64,000 nt of DNA from Octopus bimaculoides (taxonomy: Eukaryota): contig NC_068989.1 in NCBI RefSeq assembly GCF_001194135.2, positions 8,613,880 to 8,677,879 of the forward strand, read 5' to 3'. The notes under the pieces are model-generated. The model saw only the letters and a list, made by a program, of their open reading frames with translations. It did no database searches and was not told the origin of the DNA. Positions 50,686-63,022 of the stretch are shown piece by piece; the stretch's first letter is position 1; the number at the start of each line of letters is the position of its first letter. Position numbers and translations under genes: made by a program.

Positions 50686-50742
<57 letters not shown>
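50557..50742 (+). mobile_element. Family E retroposon 3' end with (AAT)n tail and internal 18-bp duplication
   Basis: Homologous to 1880-2082. GTCATGATGGGTATACTG is duplicated at 50604-50621 and 50636-50653. Confidence 0.75.
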
Positions 50743-50889
50743 TGTTTCAAATATTGGCAGAGAATCAGCAAGGCAAAAACTCATCCATAGAATTTGTACA
50801 GAGAACATAAAAAACAGAAGAAATGTTGCTAACAATTTTTTCGGCTTTGCTTACGATTCTGCCAGATCACCGCCATTTTTTATAATAGC

Positions 50890-51050
50890 TTCAAATTCTG
50901 GCGCCTGGCCAATAGTTTTTGAAGCGAGGGGCAAGTCAATTACATCCACCATGATACTTGAATTCGATAGGATGAAAGGCAAAATTGACCTCGGTGGAGT
51001 TTGAACTCAGAACGTACAAACGGAGGAAATGTCACTTAGCATTTTATCCG
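50890..51050 (-). mobile_element. SINE family A, degenerate
   Basis: ggcaagtcaattacatcc...gataggatgaaaggcaaaattgacctcggtggagtttgaactcagaacgt...cttagcattttatccg. Confidence 0.8.
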
Positions 51051-51489
51051 GAAGAAAAAAAATCTGTAACAAGCATGAGCTTAGCTATGAAATGATTATT
51101 GAATGAAAATGTGTGACAGAAATGGCAGTGCAAGTGGCAACCGTTCATACAAATTTAAATTGTATCCTTTTACGCCAATGTATTTCAGAATTCGTAATTC
51201 ACGAAAGATAACTCCTGCTATTCTACTTATATATATATTTCTGCATGTTTTTGTTTTTCGTCATTCCTAAAGCATCTTTTATTACAGAGATTGTTTCTAT
51301 TTTCATGCCTTACATTCAGGTTTATATTTAGAGGTTTATGTTCAGATAATTTCTCCCATTTTTGGAGATGTATTACCATCTGTTTGGGCTGATAGCAAGC
51401 TACATTATCAGTAACTTGCTACACCGGTCATTATTAACGTTGTCAATGAGTTTCATTTTCTTCTTCACATTTTTGTTGCGTTCAAACAT

Positions 51490-51730
51490 TTTCTTCTTCT
51501 TCTTCTTCTTCTTCTTCTTCTTCTTCTGCTTCTTCTTCTTCTTCTTCTTCTTCTTCTTCTTCTTCTTCTGCTTCTCCTCCTCTTCCTTGCTGCTTTTACT
51601 ACAACTACTACAACAATGACAACTACTACAACAACAACTACAACAACAGCTACTACTATTACTACTACTACTAATAATAATAATAATAATAATAACAACA
51701 ACAACAACAGCAATAATAATAATAATACTA
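51490..51730. repeat. Compound (CTT)n/(ACT/ACA)n/(AAT)n trinucleotide tract
   Basis: Direct reading. Confidence 0.96.
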
Positions 51731-52244
51731 TTATTATTTCGCAGATTCTCTTTCATAGAATTTTAAAATGTATTGTAGTTGTTTATATTGTTATAATATC
51801 AAATTAAATAACAAATGAAACAAAAGAAAGAAACAAACAAACAAAAAAACAAACAAACGAGACGAAAATTATTATTTTGGGTCAGTTTTATTCATATTTT
51901 TAATGGCGGAAATATATCTTTCTCTTATTTGTTCGTTATTTTTTAAATCTTCCATGCATCATTTTTTAAATTCCAAATGCAATTAACGTTGATGGCTTTT
52001 TAAATATGACATAAAATTATTTTTTCATAATTTATTATGGTCATTATGTATATGCCGCATTCATGCATATATATAAATATACATACACACACAAATAAAC
52101 AGAATCAAGCATGTGTGTGTGTGTGTATATATATGTGTATATATGTGTATATATATATATATATGTGTGTGTATATATATATATATATATGTATATTTAT
52201 ACGTGTGTTTATATCTACATCTATATTTCAATCTATCAATATGT

Positions 52245-52560
52245 CTCTCTCATTCTCTCTCTCTCTCTCTNNNNNNNNNNNNNNNNNNNNNNNNNNNNNN
52301 NNNNNNNNNNNNNNNNNNNNNNNNNNNNNNNNNNNNNNNNNNNNNNNNNNNNNNNNNNNNNNNNNNNNNNNNNNNNNNNNNNNNNNNNNNNNNNNNNNNN
52401 NNNNNNNNNNNNNNNNNNNNNNNNNNNNNNNNNNNNNNNNNNNNNNNNNNNNNNNNNNNNNNNNNNNNNNNNNNNNNNNNNNNNNNNNNNNNNNNNNNNN
52501 NNNNNNNNNNNNNNNNNNNNNNNNNNNNNNNNNNNNNNNNNNNNNNNNNNNNNNNNNNNN

Positions 52561-52593
<33 letters not shown>

Positions 52594-52645
52594 TATATAA
52601 CATATATATGTATATGTTACATTACATATATATGTATATATATAA
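52245..52645. repeat. (TC)n + assembly gap (52271-52560) + (TA)n
   Basis: Direct reading. Confidence 0.97.
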
Positions 52646-52797
52646 ACATGCCAATGTGTTTATTATAATTATAAATATGCTTAAAACAATCAAACATATA
52701 CACATGTGTATGTGTATGTGTGTGAACTTATAGGAGCCCATCACCACCACCCGCACACAAACTCGTGTATGTCGTGCGAAAAACGTAGCACACATAC

Positions 52798-52875
52798 GCT
52801 CGTGCACACTCGTTATAACAATGTAGTTAACACACACTGTACTGGAGACTGACGTGGAAATAGCCGTTATGATTA
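52798..52875 (-). CDS. Candidate 78-nt phase-1/1 exon (unknown gene)
   Basis: Minus strand: long pyrimidine tract tttctgcttctttgtttctctgacAG, open frame xIITAISTSVSSTVCVNYIVITSVHE, donor GTATGT. Confidence 0.3.
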
Positions 52876-54249
52876 CTGTCAGAGAAACAAAGAAGCAGAA
52901 ACAACAATTTGTGCCAGCTGATATAACGCCAAGGAAATATTTATAGCACACCCACTCTCACACATGTCGTAAATAATGTATACAAATATCAGTAATAAAG
53001 TACAGCCTCTGGTTTATATTTCTGATTTATATAGAATTTATATCCTTAATCTATCACCCGGTTTCCGATAATATGAAATAGTGAAAACATATATTTTTTC
53101 CAATACCCCGGAGTTGCTTTCACAATAGACAGTTCCGTGCGGAAGTGTAACAACCACTCCATTATTATATTTCCCTCGTTGCTGGTACTGGAGCATGTGT
53201 GGATGGTGTAGTCTCAATAGATGACTGGGGGCGTTGTTGCATAGTCACCCTTTCTTTCTTTGTATTAGTTCCGTATTTCAGAAAGCAATATATTACATCG
53301 TAAATACAATTTCCGTAAAATACCGTTACGCTCCTAACCGGTTGCATTAAATTCAGAATCTTGTTTTAGAGGCTTGAACCGTTTCCTTTCACTTCATGTA
53401 TTACCAGATCAATTTCTGGTGGCAATAAAATATGGGCTCCTGAATTCGTTTCTGTAAATAAAAATGAAGACGTCGGTTGTGATCCAGTGACCTATTATGG
53501 AATACGGGACACTATTATGGAGCATTCATGATCCACTTAATATATGCAATCGAAATGCAATATGGTTGGTTTAATCTCACTCACTGTTCATCTAACAATA
53601 AACATTCCCTTTAAGTAAAGTCTATTGCTGTAATCTTTTATTGGCTATCGTTTAGTTAAAGGAAAATGATAAATGCTTTTGACAGGGATCGAGACATCTG
53701 ACAATTGTAGAAAGAAGGAAAGCAGTATGGGACCTGTCTTGAATGTTTGAAATAGAATGGGTTCTGCAAGAGATAAATGAGTAGCAAGGTACTTATGTGA
53801 CGAAATAGCGTTTCGGATGTCTTCACACCGGATTATAATCTTAATCATGGATTTAAGAGATGAATTGTCAGCATCACGTCGATTTACTTTAAATTAACTT
53901 CGGGAAGACGGAATCTTCGGCTGTTTTCAACGGCACTTTAGCTAATATAGTCTTCGTTTAACCTGTTGAAACATTGAACCGTAAGAATAACCCTAATAGA
54001 ATGGTGCATGGGCAGTATTGATAAGGTTAACAATTACTGATCTAGGCAACATATTCTTGGATGTTTTTCTCTGAAATTTTACTGAATATATCGCATAGCA
54101 ATATTTCGTTCAAATATGTTTTTGATTAATGTATCTTAATCAAAATTCCCTGGCTTCCTACAAGGCAATTTGATTTTCTTTTGCAGACGATAATGTTCAA
54201 CGTTATTAAATTTACCCTTTTCTTCTAAATCGTATCGAATTTCTGTCTA

Positions 54250-54450
54250 GAACGCTGAGCTAACGCGCCGGTAAACATGCATAGCAGTATTTCTTCTGAC
54301 CTAACGTTCTGAGTTCAAATTCCGCCGAAGCTGACTTTGCCGTTCATCTCTTCGGGGTTTGTAAAATAAGTACCAGTTGAGTACTGGGGTCGATGTGATT
54401 GATGTAACCCTTCCCCGAAATTACTGGCCTTGTGCAAAAATTTGAAACTA
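54250..54450 (+). mobile_element. tRNA-derived SINE family A
   Basis: aacgttctgagttcaaattccgccgaagctgactttgccgttcatctcttcgggg...aagtaccagttgagtactggggtcgatg...ggccttgtgcaaaaatttgaaac. Confidence 0.85.
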
Positions 54451-54919
54451 ATATTACTCTGTCTACTTTTCTCAATTTCTTTCTATATCTCTATCCGTTT
54501 CTCTCTTTTTCAAATATTTTCACAAATACATTTACACACACGTCTAATTCTGACATTTATTTACATCAAACTTTTATACCATTGAACACATAGTGCAATA
54601 AATGGTATTTTGCAGAATATAGACCTTCATGACATTTACTTCAATTCATATAATGATGAATTCTTTTGGTGATGATTTTTATCGTACAATCACAATAATA
54701 ATCAGCTTCGCTTTACAATGCAATCTATGTCAATGTTAAATTCGATACGAGAGTCGTCATGAAGGATTAGCTAAGTTAAAAAGTTTCTGTCCAGAGTGTA
54801 CAATAACTAGCTATACCTGCTTACCAATAATGGTGATGTCCGCTCCTCTAAACAATCAATATACAATGAACCGATCCAGCAACGGACACAAACACGCCCC
54901 CCCCAATACACACACAGAC

Positions 54920-55408
54920 ATATACATATATNNNNNNNNNNNNNNNNNNNNNNNNNNNNNNNNNNNNNNNNNNNNNNNNNNNNNNNNNNNNNNNNNNNNN
55001 NNNNNNNNNNNNNNNNNNNNNNNNNNNNNNNNNNNNNNNNNNNNNNNNNNNNNNNNNNNNNNNNNNNNNNNNNNNNNNNNNNNNNNNNNNNNNNNNNNNN
55101 NNNNNNNNNNNNNNNNNNNNNNNNNNNNNNNNNNNNNNNNNNNNNNNNNNNNNNNNNNNNNNNNNNNNNNNNNNNNNNNNNNNNNNNNNNNNNNNNNNNN
55201 NNNNNNNNNNNNNNNNNNNNNNNNNNNNNNNNNNNNNNNNNNNNNNNNNNNNNNNNNNNNNNNNNNNNNNNNNNNNNNNNNNNNNNNNNNNNNNNNNNNN
55301 NNNNNNNNNNNNNNNNNNNNNNNNNNNNTATATATATATATTCGTATATACATGTATCTATATATACATGCATAAGGTGTGTATATATATATATGCTTGT
55401 GTGCGTTC

Positions 55409-55446
<38 letters not shown>

Positions 55447-55460
55447 GTGTGTATGTATAC
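54920..55460. repeat. TA-rich repeat + assembly gap (54932-55328) + TA/TG repeats
   Basis: Direct reading. Confidence 0.96.
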
Positions 55461-55891
55461 TATATGTGTGCGTGTGTGTATGTTCACACATTTATGGGAA
55501 GGCTAAATACTAATGCTATACAGACATTACCTGTCACTTAATATTTGCTTTAGAAATAAAAGATAATAATCAGGTGCCCTATCAACATTTAGATTATATT
55601 TTCTTTAAAATCCATATCGGGTGATGTTTTAAATAGCAAATCAATGCAAAGCCATTAAGCTGTGTCTCTCTCTGATTCCCAAATAGTGTCATATGTATCA
55701 TTATGAGGTAATTTATGTTGCAATATGATTTTATGTTCAATGTCACGTGTTGTTTTATCTGAAAAACACGATGAACTAGATTTTAGGGTGGGTGTTTGAG
55801 GTGGGCAGGGTTTCTGGGAGACGTGTGTTATGCATATATTTGATCTGTTTTTATCCCCGTATCAGATATTCAGAAATTCACTTCCGTGTGC

Positions 55892-56513
55892 ATATATATG
55901 TATATATATATATATATATNNNNNNNNNNNNNNNNNNNNNNNNNNNNNNNNNNNNNNNNNNNNNNNNNNNNNNNNNNNNNNNNNNNNNNNNNNNNNNNNN
56001 NNNNNNNNNNNNNNNNNNNNNNNNNNNNNNNNNNNNNNNNNNNNNNNNNNNNNNNNNNNNNNNNNNNNNNNNNNNNNNNNNNNNNNNNNNNNNNNNNNNN
56101 NNNNNNNNNNNNNNNNNNNNNNNNNNNNNNNNNNNNNNNNNNNNNNNNNNNNNNNNNNNNNNNNNNNNNNNNNNNNNNNNNNNNNNNNNNNNNNNNNNNN
56201 NNNNNNNNNNNNNNNNNNNNNNNNNNNNNNNNNNNNNNNNNNNNNNNNNNNNNNNNNNNNNNNNNNNNNNNNNNNNNNNNNNNNNNNNNNNNNNNNNNNN
56301 NNNNNNNNNNNNNNNNNNNNNNNNNNNNNNNNNNNNNNNNNNNNNNNNNNNNNNNNNNNNNNNNNNNNNNNNNNNNNNNNNNNNNNNNNNNNNNNNNNNN
56401 NNNNNNNNNNNNNNNNNNNNNNNNNNNNNNNNNNNNNNNNNNNNNNNNNNNNNNNNNNNNNNNNNNNNNNNNNNNNNNNNNNNNNNNNNNNNNNNNNNNN
56501 NNNNNNNNNNNNN
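55892..56513. repeat. (TA)n + assembly gap (55920-56513)
   Basis: Direct reading. Confidence 0.97.
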
Positions 56514-56610
56514 AGAGTTAAAGAAGATTTTTTTTATTTTTGGTTGGTCTGTGACAGTCTGTCATGGTTCACTGGTTTTTGGGACTGGTTTTGTGCACAT
56601 CTCTATATAT

Positions 56611-56665
<55 letters not shown>

Positions 56666-56790
56666 TAAGTGTGTGTGTGTGTGTTTGTGTGTGTACTTGT
56701 GTATGTGTTTGCGCGCATGACGTTTGGCTACGTGCAAACACGACCACTCGCACATATGTTTATATGTATGAATGTGTAAACACACACACA

Positions 56791-56965
56791 TCACTTGACA
56801 ACGGATGCTGGTGTGTGTACGTTCTCGTAACCTAGAGGTTCGGCAAAAGAGACCGATAGAATAAGTACTAGGCTTGCAAAGAATAAGTCCAGTCCTGGGG
56901 TCGATTTGCTCGACTAAAGGCAGTGCTTCAGCATGGCCACAGTCAAATGACTAAACAAATTAAAC
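56791..56965 (+). mobile_element. SINE family D 3' portion
   Basis: ggttcggcaaaagagaccgatagaataagtactaggcttgcaaagaataagtcc..tggggtcgatttgctcgactaaaggcagtgcttcagcatggccacagtcaaatgact. Shares gatagaataagtac and ggggtcgat motifs with the family A core. Confidence 0.65.
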
Positions 56966-57462
56966 AGTTAAACAGTTTTGGAGATCTAAGGACGGTGCAG
57001 AGCTTCCCTTATTGGTTAATGCCGATGAGTAAAAGAAAGCATGCAATATTTATTCATGCATCCCTCATCGAGATTTGCGCTGAGAGTGAAGAAATCAGAA
57101 TTAATAGTAAAACATTCTATTCGACGCTCTAAAGCCTGCTGTATGTATGCATATATGTATGTATAACCGTATGTATGGATGCACGTATGTATGTATGTAT
57201 AACCGTATGTATGTATGCGTCTATGCATCTATAGATGCTTGGATGAACGCATATGTGTATGTATTTAAAACAAACTTGTCAAAAGAACGGATTAACACAA
57301 CATAGGCTCTACTTCTACGGAGCGATAGTGCACGAGGACAGAAGTATTCGAGACGGCGAAAGAGAACGCTGTAAAATCAATAAAACCACATCAGAAGTGC
57401 TTCGCATAACATCTATCAAGGAAACAGGCAGACACGGTTTCTTCACCCTGGCGAGGGCTGAC

Positions 57463-57464
<2 letters not shown>

Positions 57465-57546
<82 letters not shown>
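57465..57546. repeat. (CA)n microsatellite
   Basis: Direct reading. Confidence 0.99.
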
Positions 57547-57548
<2 letters not shown>

Positions 57549-58429
57549 CATTCAGACGTTCACGTCTACGTTAACGTTAGTGACAATAACATCCTAACTT
57601 CTGATTTCAAAGTAAAGCAGAGTAAAATTAGAAACCCCGTGTTACATACGTTCCCTTATAATTTTCACTGTCAGAAATGTAACAAACCAGTAATTAACCT
57701 GTTGGAATTCTGTAAGAAACAATGTTAATTATTTACCAATTGTAATATTAATTTATATCAAAGCTTTCAGTAACCTAAAATTCAATATCTCTTCCATGTA
57801 TGAAAAAGATATTTCAGTTAACAACTTCTAAGAAATTTACATTCTTTCATTACATAATCGGAATGCAGTTAATTGTAGCTTCTATTTTCCTGAATTAAGG
57901 AAAATTTTAATTACTATACTCATGAATATTTACTGTTTTCTAAGACATGTATTTCATGAATAAAAGAAAACTTCATTTACGCTTCTCATGAATACTATTG
58001 ACTTGTTTTTAATTCAAGAAATAATGAAATTCACGGACAATAGATTAATGTAAGACAATAGATTAATGTTATATTTCTTTTAGTTTGACTCTGAAATGAC
58101 ACCTTATCTTTACTTATGAAACCGGAAGTAATATTTGTGAATATGGATTCGATATAAAAGCGATAAAAGATATCAGTATGGAATGCGAGATACGAGATTT
58201 TTAATATAACAAGTATATGAATGATATGAATGTGTGTAGGTATGCGTGTTTGTAAAATAGATAACACATCAAGCTAAACTGTATGATTTTAGTTAATCTG
58301 GAAGACATCTTTCAACACGGAATGTAAACAACGACACAAGATAGTCAGCGCTATGGATTTATGTCTTTGTAAATTAAGCAAACGAAGAAATATGAAATAT
58401 AACATTTAAAGCAAAGGCCGAATGTTTAC

Positions 58430-58520
58430 CTTAGATTATTATGCGGGACATCGAGTTATTTCGTTCGAATCTCATCTCGCCAGCCGCCGTTGTTTCGAAT
58501 AGAGATATTCGTACGATGTG
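58430..58520 (-). other. Candidate non-coding (UTR/lncRNA) exon
   Basis: Minus strand: acceptor cttttattttgttcAG and donor aag|GTAAAC. CpG-rich 91 nt; all three frames contain a stop. Confidence 0.2.
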
Positions 58521-58631
58521 CTGAACAAAATAAAAGTCTAACGTGCATAAGTCTGTTTTTGTATATTCTTAACTAAACAACCATACTCTTGTTTATCAAC
58601 AAATGCATCCAGATCTAATATATGTGGGTCC

Positions 58632-58756
<125 letters not shown>

Positions 58757-58988
58757 TACATTCAAATATATAAACATTTAGATAGATAGACAGATAGTGT
58801 GAGAGATGAATATATATATATATATATATACTATAATATGGGTATATATATATATATATACGATAATATATATACACACTATAATATATATACATGTGTG
58901 TGTGCGTATGTGTGTGTACAGATATATGTAATATAATATATGTGCATATATTATATACGCGTTCCTTCACGCACGCGCGTACGCACGC

Positions 58989-59020
<32 letters not shown>

Positions 59021-59821
59021 ACATATATATGAGTTAATTTGTACAAAGTTGAGAGACTTCAAAGTTTCGGCTTGTACACTGTTAATGATATGTAGCCGAG
59101 TGAAAAGTATTGAATAATCTTTGTTTAGTGTTAAATTCATTTCATATATTTAAAAAAAATCATATAAAAAGATTTATACATGAACACACACACATACACG
59201 TACATGTATGCAAAAACACAGGCTTTTACATGTTTGTATATCCTTAGCTACGAAAATAATCACATTTATTGGCTCGAGGGTGTGTCTGTGTGTGCTTGTG
59301 TGTGTGTGTGTTTGTTTGTGTATGTGCTCGCATGAGTGCTCATGTGTGTGTGGGGTGTATGTGTGTGCGTTTCTGTTTGCTTTTATGTAAAGTAGTAATG
59401 TAAATATACATTCATTTGTAAGCTCAAAAGTCTTCTAGAATATTTATTCCATGTCGTATGGACTGTTAACCTGATATTTTACGAGTTGGACATCAACGGT
59501 TGTTTATAATTAATAATTTGTACGTTTAAAATTTGGCCTATATATCGAACTAATATATAGCATCACTCCTCTTACTACTGCTAATGCTGGAACATATTTA
59601 CAAATAATCATGATAAACAACAGCAATACAAGGTTAAAAAGAATTATCGAACGTAAAAGAGCAGAATTACGACAGATATATTCTGTGACTGAATGTAGAA
59701 GAGATGTGATTTCATATACCAGTATACAGTTAAATATATCTGCCTCTATGTATAATTGCATATATATGTGAGCGGATGGAGAACGTCTGTGTATATATTT
59801 ATAACATATGATCCTCTCCAC

Positions 59822-59935
59822 TACGGTTACAAGGCCTGAAATTTCGAAATTTACCGCAGTACACAACTCGTATTTATTTTAACGACCTCGTGGATGTGAA
59901 CGGTAAATTCGACATGGATGGCATTTGAACTCTGT
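59822..59935 (-). mobile_element. Degenerate SINE family A
   Basis: acaaggcctgaaatttcg...tatttattttaacgacctcgtggatgtgaacggtaaattcgac..ggcatttgaactc. Confidence 0.55.
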
Positions 59936-60046
59936 CACCTAACCGCCTTAATATAATATAATATATGATATATTCACATAGCAATAAGAAAATTGAGGGG
60001 ATCAAGAGGTGGTATTCATCAACTTTTAGACATTATATTATGTCTA

Positions 60047-60190
60047 TTGTTTCCGTCTATCAAATCCACTCACAAGTTTTGGGTCAGCCCGATGCTATAG
60101 TAGAAGACACTTGGCCAAGGTGCAACGCAGTGGGACTGAACCCGCAACCATGTGGTTGGTAAGCAAACTACTTACCACACAGCCACTTCT
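60047..60190 (-). mobile_element. tRNA-derived SINE family B (CORE-like)
   Basis: Minus strand: tggctgtgtggtaagtagtttgcttaccaaccacatggttgcgggttcagtcccactgcgttgcaccttggccaagtgtcttctactatagc... It contains a CORE-like ACCTTGG(G/C)CAAGT segment. Confidence 0.85.
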
Positions 60191-62204
60191 ATGGATAGAG
60201 AAATAGGTATAGATAGCAAATCAGATTAACAGATTATCAGACACACACAGACACATACATATACATAAATGTTGGCCAACATTTTGAGCTAGAAGGTGTG
60301 GTTCTTGGGTATGTTGGACACAATACGGGTATTTAGAAGGGTAGAGACGAATGAATCCCAAATGCTTGAGTGACGGGGGAAGGACACCAAATATCTCCGA
60401 GGAAAAGAAGCCGTTGTAGTGACGTAAAAAACGTTAGAAAGGAAACTGTAAGACCGAATGACATCATGTCAATTGATGCGATCAAGATGCACGCTCGTAT
60501 GTGTGTGTGTGTGTTTGTGTGGATAAATAGATGAGTGTGTAGGAAGTTCAACGTCTCAATTGTGAAATTAAGATTCTCTAGTTAATCCCAACTGAGTTTC
60601 ATACAGGGTCAGTAATTCATGGCAGATGATTTCTACTTTTCTTTCCCTGAAGGTCAGTCTTTGAACGTCCAAAGAAGCAGCCAACGTATAGAATACTCTT
60701 AAGTAAGTACATTTATTCATAGCAGTATGTGCCCGTGACATTGGTTGCCAAATAACTGTATCATTGTAGACATCTATAAAATTGTATACATTCAGATGAA
60801 TAACCTTGTAAAAACATCAACCATCAAGTAATAACACCCAAGTTATTTTTTTAAATTTCTACCTGTGACTTTGTGTTCTGATGCAGCTTTTCCACGGCTT
60901 TAGTAAGTCTCAGGTCTGATATTTTATGTAGATTTACATTCAGTGCTTGTGATTATTTTCTTCCAGCATATTCAGCCATATTGCATGATGCTTCAAATGT
61001 ATTTTTTCCTTGTAGATGTAAAACCAAAATTATTTAAGAACTTTCTGAAAAAAGGAATTTTTCCTTTTTTATAACAGGGATGGTGTTTCCTTTTATTTTC
61101 TGATATACAGTCGGTTAGTTAGATGCACAGTTTAAGCTAATGGCGATTCCAGTTAATAGCAGACATTTTTGCTAATAGAATTTTTCGTTCAAGGATTCTA
61201 TTTCTGCTTCAGTATTAATAATTTTCGCTCAATAGTTCGAAGTTTAGATATACCGTATACATTATACAGTATTTCCATAAAATAGGATGAGGTGAGATTA
61301 ATGCTCACCTTACATTTTGTGATAGTTTCTAAATGTCCAATTCCAACGCATCGACTGTTAACATTTTCGTAGAGTTATCGCTAGGGTGGCACAAAGTAAT
61401 TCAGGCATTCTGAGAAATTGTTTTCAAGCAATAACTGCTCGTTTTACACAAAAATGCATGGCATCTAGTTTTAACGTCTATACTATTCAATATCAAAGAG
61501 ATTATTTTTGCCCACACTCTTCGCCAAAACGGTTTTGTTCCTTAATGTGAATTTAGATAATTTTGAAAACTGTCCACAAATCCAATTTTTGATAAGTTTT
61601 AGCTCTCTATATTCCATAATTATCTCTGGTGGGTCATACGTTATAAAGAGATACGCATTATCATTGCTGTTCGTAAATTTTTTTATGTTTAGTCTGTCAT
61701 TGCTTAGCTTTGTTGATAGTTTACACTCGCGTGTAATTCATCCGAGAAATTCATTAATCACAAAAGTCGGTAAATAAAGGTTCTCAGACGTTTTGGTAGT
61801 ATAGGAATGAAAACCAATTTAAAAGAAAATAAACTAGAATGCCAACACTGGATATTGATTATAACAGAGTGGATTTAAACAAAAAACATCATGTCGTCAT
61901 ATGAGACTGTATAATAGAGATGACTGGTGCCTGACACAAAGATTCTTACACCTGAGGGGAGCGGCTGGTATTTTGTAACGCACGTTGGGATTCCCTTTAC
62001 GAATAATGTAGTTGAATCTTCTCGACTGTGGTTTAAATAAGATTCGAATTAACACGCCGTTAATGAGTTTGTGAGTATATACATACGTATATATAAAATG
62101 TTTTGATGACTCTTGTTTAAATTAGTCTCTCGAAATAAGATAGAAAAAATAGAAATACACTATTAAGGGATATATCTATTATTATTATTATTATTATGGC
62201 CGGG

Positions 62205-62404
62205 TTGAAGGCAGCGAGCTGGCAGAATCGTTAGCTCCTGAGTGAATCGCTTAGCGGTGTTTGTCCAAGTTCACGTTTTCGCCGAGGTCGATTTTGCCTT
62301 TCATCCTTTCGGGGCCGATAAAATAAATACCAGTTGATCACTGTAGTCGATGTAACCAATTTCCCCATGTCCTGAAATTGTTGGCCTTGTGCCAAAAATT
62401 TGAA
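62205..62404 (+). mobile_element. tRNA-derived SINE family A
   Basis: aaggcagcgagctggcagaatcgttagc...gccgaggtcgattttgcctttcatcctttcggggccgataaaataaataccag...ggccttgtgccaaaaatttgaaatt. Confidence 0.9.
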
Positions 62405-62760
62405 ATTATTATTATGACCGGGTTCGAACCCAGGCCACAGCAAAGTCTACCCGCCACACTTCTCGGTCAATCATCACTACCTCAATGTCCTTGATACATT
62501 CTAGACCAGAATCTGCAATCAAGTTGTTGATGTGAATGCGACGGCGTATTTCTCTTCTTATATCGCTATGAAGTTGGTTCCACAAGATTAATTTGGATGC
62601 TTCTAGTACAGGGTGATGCACACAGTGACCAGATAATCGCACCTATCTTTGCCTGACCTTCTTAACTTTCAGCAGATCTCCATAAATGCATTTATTTGTC
62701 ATATGTTGCTACCATTTCACATTTAGTGTCATTCGTAACATCCTTGTTTAATATCCACTT
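62405..62760 (-). pseudogene. RTE-clade LINE 3' fragment with (TAA)n tail
   Basis: Minus strand: Y*TRMLRMTLNVKW*QHMTNKCIYGDL..KVRQR*VRLSGHCVHHPVLEASKLILWNQLHS....IHINNLIADSGLECIKDIEVVMIDREVWR. This matches the RTE C-terminal pattern YTRMLR.ALNVSW..H.TN..LYG.L...IR.RRL.LAGHC.RH....L.LW....Y.D.L..D.G......M.DR..W. Confidence 0.8.
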
Positions 62761-62810
62761 AGCCCTTTTGATAAAAGATATAGATAAAGAGCTAATCAAA
62801 TAGGCTACTA

Positions 62811-63022
62811 CAGGATGTCCACAAAGTCTGGGTACATGGGGATTAATACATACTTTAAGAAATTATTATTTCTTATATTTAATTGTTTATGCTATGATTT
62901 TATTTACTCCATGTAACCATATGGGGATTAACACATACTTTAAGAAATTATTATTTCTTATATTTAATTGTTTATGTTATAATTTTATTTACTCCAGGTA
63001 CCCACACTTTGTGGACACCCTG
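62811..63022. mobile_element. Tc1/mariner-type MITE, 212 bp, TA TSD, internal tandem duplication
   Basis: TIRs CAGGATGTCCACAAAGTCTGGGTAC / GTACCCACACTTTGTGGACACCCTG (2 mismatches in 25). TA at 62809-62810 and 63023-63024. A 76-bp unit is repeated at 62836-62911 and 62921-62996. Confidence 0.93.
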
